NCBI GenBank assembly: GCA_963664215.1
Contig: OY761015.1
Strand: one strand, 5' to 3'
DNA from: Candidatus Poribacteria bacterium
Lineage (GTDB): Bacteria; Poribacteria; WGA-4E; WGA-3G
DNA: 64,000 nucleotides
Position numbers and translations under genes: made by a program. Below the pieces are notes generated by a model. It ran no database searches. It saw only the letters and a list, made by a program, of their open reading frames with translations, and was not told the origin of the DNA. Positions 45,323 to 56,650 of the stretch are shown here, one piece after another; within the stretch, counting starts at the first letter, position 1, and every line of letters begins with the position of its first letter.

Positions 45323-46537
45323 TTACGCGTCAATGGCGTGTCCGAATTTTTGGCGAAATTCGTCGTGGACCATCTGCTCGTAACCCGTTGTTTCCGTTAT
45401 CGGAAGGTCGATAGGCATCATTCCTGTTCGTGAAGATTCGTATAAAGCGATGCACATCTCTACATCTTTCCTGCCACCGATACCGTATTCTGGGGGTTCA
45501 CCTGTGAGTGCCGCTCTCGCGATCGTCATAATCTCTTCGGCGGTGCCGACGTTCCAATCATCTATTGCATAGGTTCTGAAGGGATTTTCATAGACAATCT
45601 GTGGGTCGGTATGCACAACGATTCTGGAAAGGACGTCTACCCCGTCAACCTGATGCCGCTCTGTTTCGATCGGGATATCTTTCACTTCACCATTGACGAT
45701 GGCACGCAGCGGAAAATCGGCTGTCCAGAAATCGACGTCTGTTATCACGCCTTTCGTGCCCATAATCTGTCTGTACTTAATCGTCTCTTCTCCGACTTGG
45801 GAGGTTTCATAAATGCCAATGACTCCGCTTTCAAATTCAATGATTCCGTGCCCCCAATCTTCGTAAATTCTGTTGGGTTCGGGCGCGAATTGCTTGGTAA
45901 TTCCGGTGATTTTCTTCGGTTTACTTTGGGCATAAAACCGAATCTGGGACATCCGATGAACACCCATGTCAATACAGACACCAGAGTGGGACGTAAATGT
46001 TGAAATAGGAGATTCTATACCAAGGGGTTTTCCGGCACCGTGCACAAACGGCCTACGTCCGAAAGGTTCGATAAAATGAACCCGCGCGATATCCCCAAGC
46101 ACACCCTCTTGGATCAGTTTTATGATGATGCGATCCCCGGGCATCCGAAAGTAATTCTCAGCGACCTCGAAATGGACACCGTTTTTTTTGCAACTGTCTA
46201 TGATTACATCACAGCAGGCGAGAGTCGGTGCCATCGGTTTTTCGACGATCGGGTGCATCTTGTGTTCAGCGGCCATCTTCGCGACCGTATGGTGTTCATA
46301 ATCACCCGTACTGATGTCTACAACGTCGATGTCACTGTGCTTCTCCAGCATCTCCTCGACATCCGTATAGTACGGGAGACCGTACGTTTCACCGGCTTCG
46401 CGAGCGGTATCCGCGTCTACATCACAGACGGCTACGTAATCCAGATCCCCTCTTTTCGTTAACTCCGCGATTGTTGGCAGATGCCAACGTTTCGCGACCC
46501 AACCACAACCTACGGATGCAATCTTGGCTTTCCGCAT
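45323..46537 (-). CDS. Gfo/Idh/MocA-family NAD(P)-dependent oxidoreductase
   Basis: N-terminal Rossmann fold (IASVGCGWVAKRWHLP), C-terminal alpha/beta domain. Confidence 0.8.
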   Translation of the reverse strand: MRKAKIASVGCGWVAKRWHLPTIAELTKRGDLDYVAVCDVDADTAREAGETYGLPYYTDVEEMLEKHSDIDVVDISTGDYEHHTVAKMAAEHKMHPIVEKPMAPTLACCDVIIDSCKKNGVHFEVAENYFRMPGDRIIIKLIQEGVLGDIARVHFIEPFGRRPFVHGAGKPLGIESPISTFTSHSGVCIDMGVHRMSQIRFYAQSKPKKITGITKQFAPEPNRIYEDWGHGIIEFESGVIGIYETSQVGEETIKYRQIMGTKGVITDVDFWTADFPLRAIVNGEVKDIPIETERHQVDGVDVLSRIVVHTDPQIVYENPFRTYAIDDWNVGTAEEIMTIARAALTGEPPEYGIGGRKDVEMCIALYESSRTGMMPIDLPITETTGYEQMVHDEFRQKFGHAIDA

Positions 46538-46574
46538 TCCTTCTCTCCTTCACTCTTTTCGTTTCTTAATGATG

Positions 46575-47786
46575 TTACTGAGATGGTTGTATTTTCTCAG
46601 TCAATTCTTCATCAACGGTGATTGCCAGATGTCCCTGGGGTCCAACCATCTTATTCACCATGATCGCCTCAAGTTCTTTATGCTCAAGCGCAGTCAGTTC
46701 TTTTGCCAGCGGACTGTGGATGAAGTCCTTGTACGGACGACTTGTATCCATGAACGGCATGATGTACATCGGGATGACCGCCTGCAACATCGCGGCGCGC
46801 TTATGTGATGTGCGATTGACACCTGCGCGATGCCAAACCCGAGAATCGTAGACGATGTAGCTACCCGGCGGTGCCTCGACCACATCTGCATCCGGCCCGG
46901 TGTATGGCAATCCTTTGGATTCACGATGCCCGTCCTGTCTGGAGGTATTTCCGTTTACCCATTCGACGGGTGGACCTTGACCGAATGTATGGGATCCGAG
47001 TTTGAAACAGGTCGCCCCATTTTCCTTACGGAATTCCGAGACACAGAGATTTCGTTGGACCCCCATGACCAAACCATCGACCTGATGAATCGGTATTCGG
47101 TTGACAACTTCACTGCCGGCGATACCCCAGAGGTAGGGGAAGTCTGAGTGCCAACCTTGAACTTTACGTCTACCATCGTCTGGGGGGAGTATCGCGAAAC
47201 CCGGCGAGTGTCCGAGCCGGATTTCCTCCGTCCGCATGTACTGACGCATCAGCCACAAGGAGACAGGTTCTGTCGCAATCTGTGCGACCGCTGCTGTCTC
47301 GTTCAGAGGCGGCATACGCCGTTCGTAGGTGCCTTCTTCCCAGCGACCCGTGCAGCTGACCCGTTCCAATTCTTCAACAATATCAGGGGCGATGATGGAC
47401 GGGAGGCAGGCCCATCCGTTTTGCTTGAATGATTCCAGATATTCGGAGGGCAGGTGTGCGGGACCGTGTCCGGCAGAGAATATGGCACCTTTGTTTCCTA
47501 TACTGCCATCACTCGTGAGTGAATCTCCGTTATGACGAAGATGGTACCCGTTCTCAGTCGCATCAGGTTCTGCTTCAAGTTGGATCCCCGTAACGACATG
47601 GCGGTAGGTATCGGTCCCTTTGACCTGTTCCCATATCGCCTTATCGTCGGTATAATCAAAAGTTGCGAGTTCGTTTGTATCAGACACACCGAGGAAGTCG
47701 CCGTCGGCGTTACGAAGTAGTGTAAAGTGCGTCGACGGCTTTTCAACTCGGACAACGCGTTCTTGAAAAATGTCGTCTTTCACCAT
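46575..47786 (-). CDS. phytanoyl-CoA dioxygenase (PhyH) family Fe(II)/2-oxoglutarate oxygenase
   Basis: HxD facial triad candidate WHSDFPY and distal His in RVWHRAG. Confidence 0.65.
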   Translation of the reverse strand: MVKDDIFQERVVRVEKPSTHFTLLRNADGDFLGVSDTNELATFDYTDDKAIWEQVKGTDTYRHVVTGIQLEAEPDATENGYHLRHNGDSLTSDGSIGNKGAIFSAGHGPAHLPSEYLESFKQNGWACLPSIIAPDIVEELERVSCTGRWEEGTYERRMPPLNETAAVAQIATEPVSLWLMRQYMRTEEIRLGHSPGFAILPPDDGRRKVQGWHSDFPYLWGIAGSEVVNRIPIHQVDGLVMGVQRNLCVSEFRKENGATCFKLGSHTFGQGPPVEWVNGNTSRQDGHRESKGLPYTGPDADVVEAPPGSYIVYDSRVWHRAGVNRTSHKRAAMLQAVIPMYIMPFMDTSRPYKDFIHSPLAKELTALEHKELEAIMVNKMVGPQGHLAITVDEELTEKIQPSQ

Positions 47787-47829
47787 CGGTGTTAACTCCT
47801 AAATAATTCTGAAATTCTACGTTAGTTAG

Positions 47830-48008
47830 CACGAAACCGTAAGCCCGTAGTGAAATTAGGTTTCCTTTCTCGCGAATTTTAGCGAAAACCAAGCCTGCAA
47901 CAATACGCAGAAACACCCAAGCAAAAACACGCAGGCGGATCTACGGAGAGGCACCTTATTTATCAAACCGACCTAACCGACCCGCAAGGTAAGATTAAAA
48001 AAGTAAAA
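47830..48008. repeat. family-4 REP-like element, long divergent form
   Basis: ...AAGCCTGCAACAATACGCAG...ACGCAGGCGGATCTACGGAGAGGCACCTTATTTATCAAACCGACCTAACCGACCCGCAAGGTAAGATTAAAA shares the 3' half with the copies at 49085.., 49186.., 56541.. and 57041... Confidence 0.6.
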
Positions 48009-49052
48009 TTAAAAATGAACAACGCCTACCTCTGCGAGCCAAGCCTCCAATAGTTGCATGTTACCGAGCGTGTCATCCCAAGACATCGCCGGTGCTTGCC
48101 GATCAGCAATATGTGCCGCAACCGTATCTGCCTCGTAGGTAAAGAGATCTCGGTCTACGTCGACCGTAATTTCGGTGGTTTCCCGATTCTGATAAGAGTC
48201 AACAATAATCTTTGTTGACGGGAAGGTTGTATCGAGGGGCAACGGCTCTCTTGCGTGCCGACACAGCGATGAGGGTAACCAAGGGCTTGGGATGGTAATC
48301 GAGCCTTCTGTGCCGTAGATAAAAACACTGCTCCCAACGCTACACTCAACGGCGGCGATTATCTCTCCAATGATACCGTTTTCAAACTTGAGCGTTGCGG
48401 CTGCGATATGGTCGACACCGGTGGGACCGATTTTGCCGTTCCCTTTTATTTCTACAGGGTTCAGGAACAATTTATTTTCAGAGGCACCCGCCATCTTTCG
48501 GGTCATTGAAGCGGTGTAACAGCCGATGTCAAGGATACCACCACCTCCCATTTCGCGGTTGAAAATCCGGCTTTGCGGGTTAAAATTCGACCGGTAACTG
48601 AAGGTCGATCGGATGACGAGGACCTCGCCGATCGTGCCATCCTGTATCAGTTCAACTACCTTCGCGACCTGTGGATGGCAGCGATACATAAAGGCTTCCA
48701 TGAGGAACACGTCGTTTTCACGTGCCGCATCTACCATCGAGGCGGCTTCGGCGCGATTCATACTGATCGGTTTCTCAACAAGAAGGTGTTTCCCGGCTTC
48801 AGCACACTTTATCGCCCACTCGGCGTGAAGTGGATGAATTGTAGCAATATAGATAGCGTCGATGTCATCGTCTGCCAACAGATCGGCATAATCATTGTAT
48901 TGGCGCGGGATACCAAAATCGTTGACGAGTCTGTCCATCTTAGATTGTGTACGACTCGCAACGGCAAGAATCTGCCCGGAGTCTGTGAAACGCATTCCGT
49001 TGCAGAAGACGTATGCGATACCACCTGCACTCATAACGCCCCAGTTTAACAT
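48009..49052 (-). CDS. Gfo/Idh/MocA-family oxidoreductase
   Basis: 347 aa. Rossmann N-terminus (NWGVMSAGGIAY) and conserved EKP motif (LLVEKPISM). Confidence 0.8.
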   Translation of the reverse strand: MLNWGVMSAGGIAYVFCNGMRFTDSGQILAVASRTQSKMDRLVNDFGIPRQYNDYADLLADDDIDAIYIATIHPLHAEWAIKCAEAGKHLLVEKPISMNRAEAASMVDAARENDVFLMEAFMYRCHPQVAKVVELIQDGTIGEVLVIRSTFSYRSNFNPQSRIFNREMGGGGILDIGCYTASMTRKMAGASENKLFLNPVEIKGNGKIGPTGVDHIAAATLKFENGIIGEIIAAVECSVGSSVFIYGTEGSITIPSPWLPSSLCRHAREPLPLDTTFPSTKIIVDSYQNRETTEITVDVDRDLFTYEADTVAAHIADRQAPAMSWDDTLGNMQLLEAWLAEVGVVHF

Positions 49053-49084
49053 ATCTAATTTCCTCCTATTTTCTTTTGAACATC

Positions 49085-49294
49085 AAACCTGTAGCCTGCA
49101 ACACCGGCGCAGGCGGATATACGTAAAGGCACGTTATTCCGCAAACCGACCTGATCGAACCGCAAGGTAAAATTAAGAATCTTCTGAACATCAAACCAAA
49201 CTTGTAGCCTGCAACACCGGCGCAGGCGGATATACGGAAAGGCACGTTATTTCGCAAACCGACCTGACCGAACCGCAAGGTAAAATTAAGAATT
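49085..49294. repeat. two tandem family-4 REP-like units (about 96 and 109 nt)
   Basis: Each unit reads AAAC(C/T)TGTAGCCTGCAACACCGGCGCAGGCGGATATACG(T/G)AAAGGCACGTTATT(C/T)CGCAAACCGACCTGA(T/C)CGAACCGCAAGGTAAAATTAAGAAT. GTAG followed by hairpin GCCTGC-N9-GCAGGC. Confidence 0.85.
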
Positions 49295-50479
49295 CTTTGC
49301 TGCTTCAGCGCGCTTGCTTGCGAGCGGATGCATGATACCGGCACCCGGGGGCCAGACCCCTGGATCTGCCTTGATCCACTCACATAACTTCTGAGCGTGT
49401 GGCGTCAGAGTTTCCCAAATCTCGTGCGGCATAATCCTGCTGAAACCGTGTTGTGACCGCCAAGGTGCGGCGTACTCGACGTTTGGCAGTGCCCGAATTT
49501 CCTTTGAGAGATTCGGGGTCGCACCGTGCCAGGCGCGGTTATCCCGAAACACACCGGAACCCGCCGTTGCACCGACGAGCGTTGAATGTTTCATCCAATC
49601 CGGTTCATCTCCCGGAGGTGGCGGATGTTGCTGCAGTGTATGGGACCCCGGAATTTGGCGAATCGGACCGTTTTCCCACGTCAGATCGCACATGATGAAG
49701 TTAATCGTTACGGTCGGCGGTGTCATCTCCATAATCATCTTTTGTGATGGGACATCAAGATTACCGTTATCGTCTCTATGGAGTTGAATGCCGAGACGTT
49801 CCGCTTGTCTGATGCGTGCTTCGGTGAGGTGTTGTGAATCCCTACCGTCGGAATGCAAGTGTTGGTACTCTACTGCACCAGGGAGGCAGAGGTCTCCGCC
49901 TGAACCCCAGACCCGGTAATCTGAAGAACCGAAAATCTCTGTAACGATTGGGGTGGTTGTCGGTAAATCTATCATGCTTGCCCAAGCGGTGTGGTGCAGC
50001 ATCTGTCTTGAGGCGGAGGAGGTGCCGTAACTATAGCGATGTGGCAGTCGTCCGGTTTCGGTTATATATTTTCTGTTCTCTGGTCCCGGTATTGAGAGGA
50101 TGTCGCGTAGTGCTTCGGCGCATCCCTCTCTCCATTGAGCGAGTTGCTCGGCATTGAGGAGGTCTTTGACGACAGCAAAGCCATCACGATGGAAAATACG
50201 AGCGATTTTCTCAGTTTCGTGGGGTTCGCAGATTTCAAGTCCACGAATGCCGTTCTGCTCGCGTAACTTTTCACGTAATGCTTCGACTTCTGGATCATCG
50301 TAAACACGGCGTTTCGGCGAGTTAGGATCTGCTACACCAAATCCTCTCTTGCCTGGAAAGAGGTTCCCCTCTGCGTCAACGGTTTCATTGACAGGTGTGT
50401 TTTCATCCCATCCGACCCGCGTTTCGCCGTAGACTTCCATTTCTTCCAGTTCTGCGGTTAAAGTCCGTCCGTTGTTACT
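49286..50479 (-). CDS. phytanoyl-CoA dioxygenase (PhyH) family oxygenase
   Basis: HxD motif YQHLHSDGRD and downstream His. Start taken at MSNNGRTL (50479) rather than the ORF track start, whose N-terminal extension is low complexity. Confidence 0.65.
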   Translation of the reverse strand, partial: SNNGRTLTAELEEMEVYGETRVGWDENTPVNETVDAEGNLFPGKRGFGVADPNSPKRRVYDDPEVEALREKLREQNGIRGLEICEPHETEKIARIFHRDGFAVVKDLLNAEQLAQWREGCAEALRDILSIPGPENRKYITETGRLPHRYSYGTSSASRQMLHHTAWASMIDLPTTTPIVTEIFGSSDYRVWGSGGDLCLPGAVEYQHLHSDGRDSQHLTEARIRQAERLGIQLHRDDNGNLDVPSQKMIMEMTPPTVTINFIMCDLTWENGPIRQIPGSHTLQQHPPPPGDEPDWMKHSTLVGATAGSGVFRDNRAWHGATPNLSKEIRALPNVEYAAPWRSQHGFSRIMPHEIWETLTPHAQKLCEWIKADPGVWPPGAGIMHPLASKRAEAAKNS

Positions 50480-50632
50480 CATACGTCTAACTCCTGACTC
50501 CCACCTGCTGCAAGGGATGGGAAAATATTGTATTTCGTTCTGGACAACGAATATAAGAGCAATTGTAGCGTTGGATTTAAAATGTATCACAATTGTGTTT
50601 TTTTGGCAAGACGGGATAATTGACAAATCTGT

Positions 50633-50661
50633 TTGAAAATATATCGTAAATGTGGTATGAT
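50633..50661 (+). promoter_or_regulatory. putative sigma70-type promoter upstream of sbcD
   Basis: TTGAAA - 17 nt - TGgTATGAT (extended -10), 51 nt before the sbcD ATG. Confidence 0.3.
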
Positions 50662-50711
50662 ACATCCACTATAATCTTTAACATACGTTTTAGCACAGCT
50701 CACGAACCTCT

Positions 50712-51884
50712 ATGAAAATCATACACACCGCCGATTGGCACATCGGACAACGGCTCCACGAGCGTTCCCGACTTGGCGAACACGCACAATTCTTGGACTG
50801 GCTCCTTGACACAATCCAAGAACATCACGTCCAACTTCTCCTCGTTTCAGGTGATATTTTTGATACGTCCCTTCCGTCAGCAGACGCAACGAACCTCTAT
50901 TACCGATTTCTCTACCGTCTTTTCAATGAAACCGATGCTTATGCCGTGATTACTGCCGGGAATCACGATTCCGCCCGACATCTGGAAGCCCCACGAGAGT
51001 TTCTGAAGATGGGTAGAATTCACGTCGTCGGACTCGCAACTGAGGCGCGTGAGTGTGTTTTCCCCTTTCCACCGGACGACCCGCGCGTGATGGTCGCGGC
51101 GGTTCCATACCTCTCTGAAAGCGATCTACGACATCTCTCCTATGAAACCGAGGCAGAGAGAAATGAACGGTATCGAGAGTGGCTTAAGGCGTTCTACGCC
51201 GATTGTACCGCCTGTATGCCGGCAGAACTCCCTAAAATTTTAATGGGACACCTTTTCGTTCAGGGTGGACAGGTAACCGATTCCGAGCGGAATATACAGA
51301 TTGGCGGTGCGACGGCTATCCACGCCAGCGATTTTCCAGACGATGTGAGTTACGTTGCCCTCGGACACCTCCACAGGCCACAGGCAATCACAGGTACCGC
51401 TTACCCAATCCGGTATTCGGGTTCACCAATTCCACTGAGATTCAATGAAACGGGGTATCGCAAATCGGTGTATCTGCTGGAACTGTCTGAAGATGGTAGA
51501 CGCATACGGGATGAAGGTATTGAGATTCCTATCTTCAAAGAATTATGTACTGTCACGGGTGATGAGGAATCAGTGCTTTGGGAAGCGAGTATCCAGACAT
51601 GGACTGACAAGTACATCTATGTCAAGTTGACATTGGACACACCGAGGATCGGTATCAGTGATGAGATTCGCCAAGTTTTTAGTGATCGGGGCGGGGAGGT
51701 TTTGGCGGTTGAAGTTGAGTTACCAGAGACAACACCCGGTCCCGAAGTCTCTGTTGAAGATATGAAGCATCCCAAAGAAGTCTTTGAACAGTTTCACAAG
51801 ACACGGTTTGAAGGTGAACCGCCCGATGAAAGTTTGACGCGAACTTTCAATGAATTAGTCCGAATCGTTGAGGAGTCCCAATGA
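50712..51884 (+). CDS. sbcD: DNA repair exonuclease SbcD (Mre11-like calcineurin-fold nuclease)
   Basis: MKIIHTADWHIG phosphoesterase motif I, GNHD motif. Overlaps sbcC by 4 nt (ATGA). Confidence 0.9.
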   Translation: MKIIHTADWHIGQRLHERSRLGEHAQFLDWLLDTIQEHHVQLLLVSGDIFDTSLPSADATNLYYRFLYRLFNETDAYAVITAGNHDSARHLEAPREFLKMGRIHVVGLATEARECVFPFPPDDPRVMVAAVPYLSESDLRHLSYETEAERNERYREWLKAFYADCTACMPAELPKILMGHLFVQGGQVTDSERNIQIGGATAIHASDFPDDVSYVALGHLHRPQAITGTAYPIRYSGSPIPLRFNETGYRKSVYLLELSEDGRRIRDEGIEIPIFKELCTVTGDEESVLWEASIQTWTDKYIYVKLTLDTPRIGISDEIRQVFSDRGGEVLAVEVELPETTPGPEVSVEDMKHPKEVFEQFHKTRFEGEPPDESLTRTFNELVRIVEESQ

Positions 51885-54800
51885 AATTGTGTAAACTGAA
51901 GCTTAAAAATCTGAATAGTTTTCGTGAGGAGGTTGAACTTGATTTTGAAAAGTCTCCGTTGGATGATGCGTCCCTAGTAGCGATTACAGGTCCGACGGGT
52001 GCCGGGAAAACGACGTTATTAGATGCGATTTGTGTCACGCTCTATGGGAAAACGCCTCGCTTGAGTGGAACCACAAGCCAACATCCGAGGCATCTTATCA
52101 GCCATGGCGAAACGGAAGGATTTGCTGAAGTCCATTTTGAGGCGAATAGTACGCGCTACCATGCTACATGGTCTATGAGACGCAACGGCTCTCCCAGAGG
52201 GCAGTTGTTTGATGATTCCGGTGAGTTAATCACTACCAGAGTTGCTCAAGAGATAGAATCTATTTTAGGACTTGATTTCAATGCTTTCAGACGCTCTGTT
52301 ATGTTGGCACAAGGCGAATTCGCTGCGTTTTTAAAGGCAAGCAGAGAAGATCGGCGGACAATTTTGGAGGCGACCGCGGGTATTCATATCTACGACTTAC
52401 TCAGACAGGCATTAAATGACAGGGTGAACGAGGTTGAAGCTGCAAATGCCGATGTCCTTGACAAATTAAACAAAATCCCGGAAGCCTCTCACGAGCAACT
52501 CACGGAAGCCAAAACAGAATTTGATAATTTACAGACGGAAGCCGAGGCGTTAGCGGAGCAAAGTCGGGAAATTCAGCAGAAGAAAGATCGGGAAACGAAA
52601 CGTGAAGAGGACTACGAAAAACTCCAATCTTCAGAAAAGCGTCAAGTAGAACTCCTGAATCTGCAACCGAAGGTTGATGCCCTCCAAGTAGAATTGGAGA
52701 ATGCACAACGTGCTAAGGATTTACGCTCTGAAAAGCGGGAGCATGATACCGCAAAATCGGATCTCGAAAAAGCAGATAAAGCCCTCTGTGCAGCAACGAC
52801 CCAGAAGACGGAAGCAGAAAAGCAGGTGAAAACTGACCAAGCCGATTTTGACGGAAAAGAAAAGGTGTATCAGATCGCATCCGATGATCGGGATCGGAAG
52901 GTAAAACTTTACAATACTGCAAAATCAGAGGTGCAACAGGCATCAACTCAATTTGCTGAAGCGAATAAACGGATGCCTCAACTGGTGGATATGGATAATC
53001 AGATAAATGCTTTAAAAGGCAGATTAGCCGACCAACAGACAGAGCAAACCCGATTGCAAAAGCAGATTGACGAGGCACAAACTTTTTTAGATGAAAACCC
53101 ACTTCCATTAGACCGACAACAACGCCTTACGCGGACAACCGGTTTCCTGGCGGAAATTAGTTTGCAAGAAAAGCAGTTGGAAACCGCCTTGACGAGCAAA
53201 GCACAGCAGGAAAACAAAGTGTCGTCGTTAAAACGTAAAATCAAAGAGTTATCTGATACTCACGCTGACCTCTTTTCCGAGAAAGCAGATGCAGAGACGA
53301 CGTTGGAAGCAACTGCTACGCAATTGAACGCGTTGCTCGAAACTGGCACTCAAGACGAATGGAATACCCGAAAACAGCAAGCAGCCGAAGCACAGCCTAT
53401 TGCACAGAAATATGAGGCAACGATAGATAACTTATCAGATTCTAAAAACCGTTTGCGCGAATTAAATCATGAAAAGGCAGCGTTAGATACTGCCCTTGAT
53501 CAGATTGAAACCGAATTAGACCGACATACAGAGACGCATCAGCTTGCAGTGGAAGCGGTTCAACACTGCGAAGATGAACTAAAATCGCTGATGTGGGCAA
53601 ATCCGATCAATGAATTTCGACAGCACCTTCACACCGGAGAACCCTGTTTGGTGTGCGGCGCGACGGAACATCCGTTCGCTGATGCCGTGGAACCTGAAGG
53701 TGAGGAACTGCTACAAAACGCTGAGAACGCTTTAGTGGATGCGAAAACAGACGCAGATAAGGCACACGCGCGACTGCAGGCTCTGGAGAAAAAGCATATC
53801 CAAACTGAACAGAATAGACGCAACACGGCTGAGCAAATTAAGGATTGTAAGACGAAAATAATAGCACTCCGAGACAATGAGAAGGCACAGTTTCTCGCGG
53901 AGTGGCAGGAAATCTACCCCGATATTGAGGTTTCGTCTGACTGGACAACCGATCAGATTGCAGAGGTGGACACTGCTATTGCTGATATTGTAGAAACCGA
54001 GCAAGCACACACACAGGCATCACACGCTTGTGAAACGGCAGCGCAATTACTTGAAAACTGTGAGAGCAGCATTGAGAGCGAGAGTCAATCTTTGAACGAA
54101 GCGAAAGACCAGTTACAGGAGGTCAGTAATAATGTTGAAGATTTGAAAGTTGCCGTTGCAGACATTAAAACCAGTTTATGGGATTTATTGCCCAAGACAT
54201 TTCACCGTGCTACACCTAAAGAGGCGAAAGATCTATTTGAGAATAAGATGAAGGAAGTTGAGGCGCGTGAAGACGACCTTAATACCGCTGATACACAACT
54301 CCAGGTGCTTGAAACTAACATAGCAGCGACCCAAAGCAACCTTGAAGATCTGAAGGATCTCTGTGAGACATGGCAAGCCGAAGTAGACGAATATCAGCGC
54401 GAAGGAGAGGCGTTTTTAGAGATCGTTCGTAACAGAACTGATGGATTGGAAACCGAAGATGAGATCAACGCCGCTGTTGATGCATTAGAGACCGAGGTGG
54501 AGAAAAAAGAAAATGTACGGGCTAAAGCTGATCAGCAATTACAGAAGAGTCGAGATATATTCATCAAAAATCAGACTGCCCACAAGGCTTGCAAAGATCG
54601 GTATAAAGAGTGCGGTGAAAAGTTTGAAATAGCATATGATGCTTACTTTGTGAAGTTAAGTGAGGCAGAGTTTGATTCACCAGAAGCACACGATAACGCT
54701 TTCCGAGACGAGGAACAGCTGCAAGAACTCACTGACCAAATTGACGCTTACGAAGATGAAAAGCAGGAACTTGAATTAGTGATTACCGAATTGCGAACCC

Positions 54801-55483
54801 GGTTTGAAGAAACGCCGTTCGATCCGGAAGCGTTGGGGCGGATTAAAGTCCAAGTAGAAAAAATTGGGGAGCAACTCCAAGCAGCACAGCAGGAGGTGGG
54901 CGCGCAACAACAGAAAATCGACGATTTGAAAAAACACCTTAAACAACGAGAGGCTCTCGGTGCTGAAATAAGTGGGGCTGAGCAGGAATTGAAGCGTTGG
55001 AAAAGGTTACAGGACACAATTCCCAGAAACGACTTACGCGATTTTGCCCTGGAGATTATGTTCAGGCAGATGGGCAGTTTAGCAAATGAACAATTGCGCT
55101 ATCTCACCTCTGAGCGGTACCAACTTAAAGTTGAAAGTATAGGCGACTTGAGTGTCATTGATCGATGGAATGCCAACGAAGAACGGCCTGTAGAAACACT
55201 TTCGGGGGGCGAATCTTTCCTAACGAGCCTCGCTTTGGCACTCGCGCTTTCGGAGCTTAGTCGTGGACGTGCGCAACTCAATTCGCTGTTTCTTGACGAA
55301 GGGTTCGGCACGCTTGATACTGAAACTCTGGACATTGCCATCGCTGCGCTCGAAGGTCTCCGCATGCAGGGACGGAGCATCTTTCTCATCAGTCATATTC
55401 AGGAATTAACGAGACGTTTGCCTATCAAAATCAACGTTAGGAAACGAGGAAACGGTAGTTCATCTATTGACATTCGAGGTTGA
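51881..55483 (+). CDS. sbcC: DNA repair ATPase SbcC (Rad50-like)
   Basis: Walker [10 protein letters not shown], long coiled coil, zinc hook CxxC (GEPCLVCG), C-terminal signature/Walker [12 protein letters not shown]. Confidence 0.9.
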   Translation: MKLCKLKLKNLNSFREEVELDFEKSPLDDASLVAITGPTGAGKTTLLDAICVTLYGKTPRLSGTTSQHPRHLISHGETEGFAEVHFEANSTRYHATWSMRRNGSPRGQLFDDSGELITTRVAQEIESILGLDFNAFRRSVMLAQGEFAAFLKASREDRRTILEATAGIHIYDLLRQALNDRVNEVEAANADVLDKLNKIPEASHEQLTEAKTEFDNLQTEAEALAEQSREIQQKKDRETKREEDYEKLQSSEKRQVELLNLQPKVDALQVELENAQRAKDLRSEKREHDTAKSDLEKADKALCAATTQKTEAEKQVKTDQADFDGKEKVYQIASDDRDRKVKLYNTAKSEVQQASTQFAEANKRMPQLVDMDNQINALKGRLADQQTEQTRLQKQIDEAQTFLDENPLPLDRQQRLTRTTGFLAEISLQEKQLETALTSKAQQENKVSSLKRKIKELSDTHADLFSEKADAETTLEATATQLNALLETGTQDEWNTRKQQAAEAQPIAQKYEATIDNLSDSKNRLRELNHEKAALDTALDQIETELDRHTETHQLAVEAVQHCEDELKSLMWANPINEFRQHLHTGEPCLVCGATEHPFADAVEPEGEELLQNAENALVDAKTDADKAHARLQALEKKHIQTEQNRRNTAEQIKDCKTKIIALRDNEKAQFLAEWQEIYPDIEVSSDWTTDQIAEVDTAIADIVETEQAHTQASHACETAAQLLENCESSIESESQSLNEAKDQLQEVSNNVEDLKVAVADIKTSLWDLLPKTFHRATPKEAKDLFENKMKEVEAREDDLNTADTQLQVLETNIAATQSNLEDLKDLCETWQAEVDEYQREGEAFLEIVRNRTDGLETEDEINAAVDALETEVEKKENVRAKADQQLQKSRDIFIKNQTAHKACKDRYKECGEKFEIAYDAYFVKLSEAEFDSPEAHDNAFRDEEQLQELTDQIDAYEDEKQELELVITELRTRFEETPFDPEALGRIKVQVEKIGEQLQAAQQEVGAQQQKIDDLKKHLKQREALGAEISGAEQELKRWKRLQDTIPRNDLRDFALEIMFRQMGSLANEQLRYLTSERYQLKVESIGDLSVIDRWNANEERPVETLSGGESFLTSLALALALSELSRGRAQLNSLFLDEGFGTLDTETLDIAIAALEGLRMQGRSIFLISHIQELTRRLPIKINVRKRGNGSSSIDIRG

Positions 55484-55496
55484 TCTATTTAACAGA

Positions 55497-55633
55497 ACCG
55501 TAGCCTGTAAGCGAAGCGGAAGGGTTTTTGCTTGGGGTTTTTGATAGGGTGTTTCTGCGTGTTTCTTCAGATCTACATCGCTTAACGTTATTCATCCAAT
55601 GAACCTGACCGAACCGCAAGGAAAATTAAAAAT
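55497..55633. repeat. family-4 related divergent element ending in ...CCGAACCGCAAGGAAAATTAAAAAT immediately before the ATG of the downstream gene
   Basis: 5' AACCGTAGCCTGTAAGCGAAGCGGAAGG resembles the 5' parts of the 47830, 56410 and 59440 copies. The 3' end is near-identical to the other family-4 3' ends. Confidence 0.5.
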
Positions 55634-56395
55634 ATGAAATTTGGTTTTATGTCGTCTGTGTGTCCGCCGTTAACAGTGGCGGAACTTATTGACAAAGCGA
55701 AACATTACAACTATGAGCACTTAGAGCTCCGCGTGGAGTGGGATCACGGGCACGGCGTGGAGTTAGATTCGACACCGCAGCAACTTCAGGAGGCGCGCCA
55801 CCGTTTTACCGATAGCGGTATCGAACTCTCCTGCATTGCAACTGGCGTGCGATTCATAGACCCAGACGCGCAAAAACGCGCCGAACAGGTAGATCTGCTC
55901 AAGCGATATATTGATTTGTCCGAAACGATGGGCGCAAAGAATATTCGGATTTTTGGGGATCGGGTGCCAGAAACACCGGTTGAGGTGTCCCAGACTTTGG
56001 ATTGGGAAGCGGAAGGCATTCGGGCTTGCGACAGTTTAGCTGGCGATGCAGGGGTTGCACTCTGTCTGGAAACGCACGGTAATCTCATCGCGAGTTACGT
56101 AACCGAGACTTTACACCGCGCAGGGGCACAGAACACCTTCGCGAATTGGCACGCTGCGCATCATGTTCGACATGGGGAACCCGTCAATGTCGCTTATGTG
56201 CATCTACGCGGCAAAGTGCGGCATGCGCACGTCAACTTTGGCGACAGTGGACCCTTACCAGACACGGAAAAAGATTCGCTGACACTCCTCGCACAGGATG
56301 GATACGACGGGTTCGTCTCTATTGAGGTCATCAATCCACCCGACTCAGACGCGGTGCTGCAGCGACATATAGAACTCTATAACGCTTTGTTGTGA
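55634..56395 (+). CDS. sugar phosphate isomerase/epimerase (xylose isomerase-like TIM barrel)
   Basis: 253 aa TIM-barrel family protein (HLELRVEWDHG...LCLETHG...). Confidence 0.75.
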   Translation: MKFGFMSSVCPPLTVAELIDKAKHYNYEHLELRVEWDHGHGVELDSTPQQLQEARHRFTDSGIELSCIATGVRFIDPDAQKRAEQVDLLKRYIDLSETMGAKNIRIFGDRVPETPVEVSQTLDWEAEGIRACDSLAGDAGVALCLETHGNLIASYVTETLHRAGAQNTFANWHAAHHVRHGEPVNVAYVHLRGKVRHAHVNFGDSGPLPDTEKDSLTLLAQDGYDGFVSIEVINPPDSDAVLQRHIELYNALL

Positions 56396-56540
56396 TCCTA
56401 ATTAGGAACAACATCTACGCGTAATATAGCAACGAAACCGTAGCGGCGAGGTTCCCTCGTCCCTAATGAAGGACTAACCCACCTGATCGAACCGATCGGG
56501 TTTCGTGGATTCTAACGGGTCAGGGTAATCATGAAACATT

Positions 56541-56650
56541 CAACCCAAGTTGTAGCCTGCAACACCGGCGCAGGCGGATATACGGAGAGGAAGGTTATTT
56601 ATCCAACCTACCTGACCGAACCGCAAGGTATAATTAAAAATATTAAAAAT
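56541..56650. repeat. family-4 REP-like unit
   Basis: CAAGTTGTAGCCTGCAACACCGGCGCAGGCGGATATACGGAGAGGAAGGTTATTTATCCAACCTACCTGACCGAACCGCAAGGTATAATTAAAAATATTAAAAAT. Confidence 0.8.

Noticed and set aside
50560-50711. TTGACA at 50620 as the -35 for sbcD
   Set aside because: Spacing to the nearest -10-like hexamer is about 30 nt. A better-spaced TTGAAA-17-TGgTATGAT pair exists at 50633..50661 and was reported instead, with low confidence.
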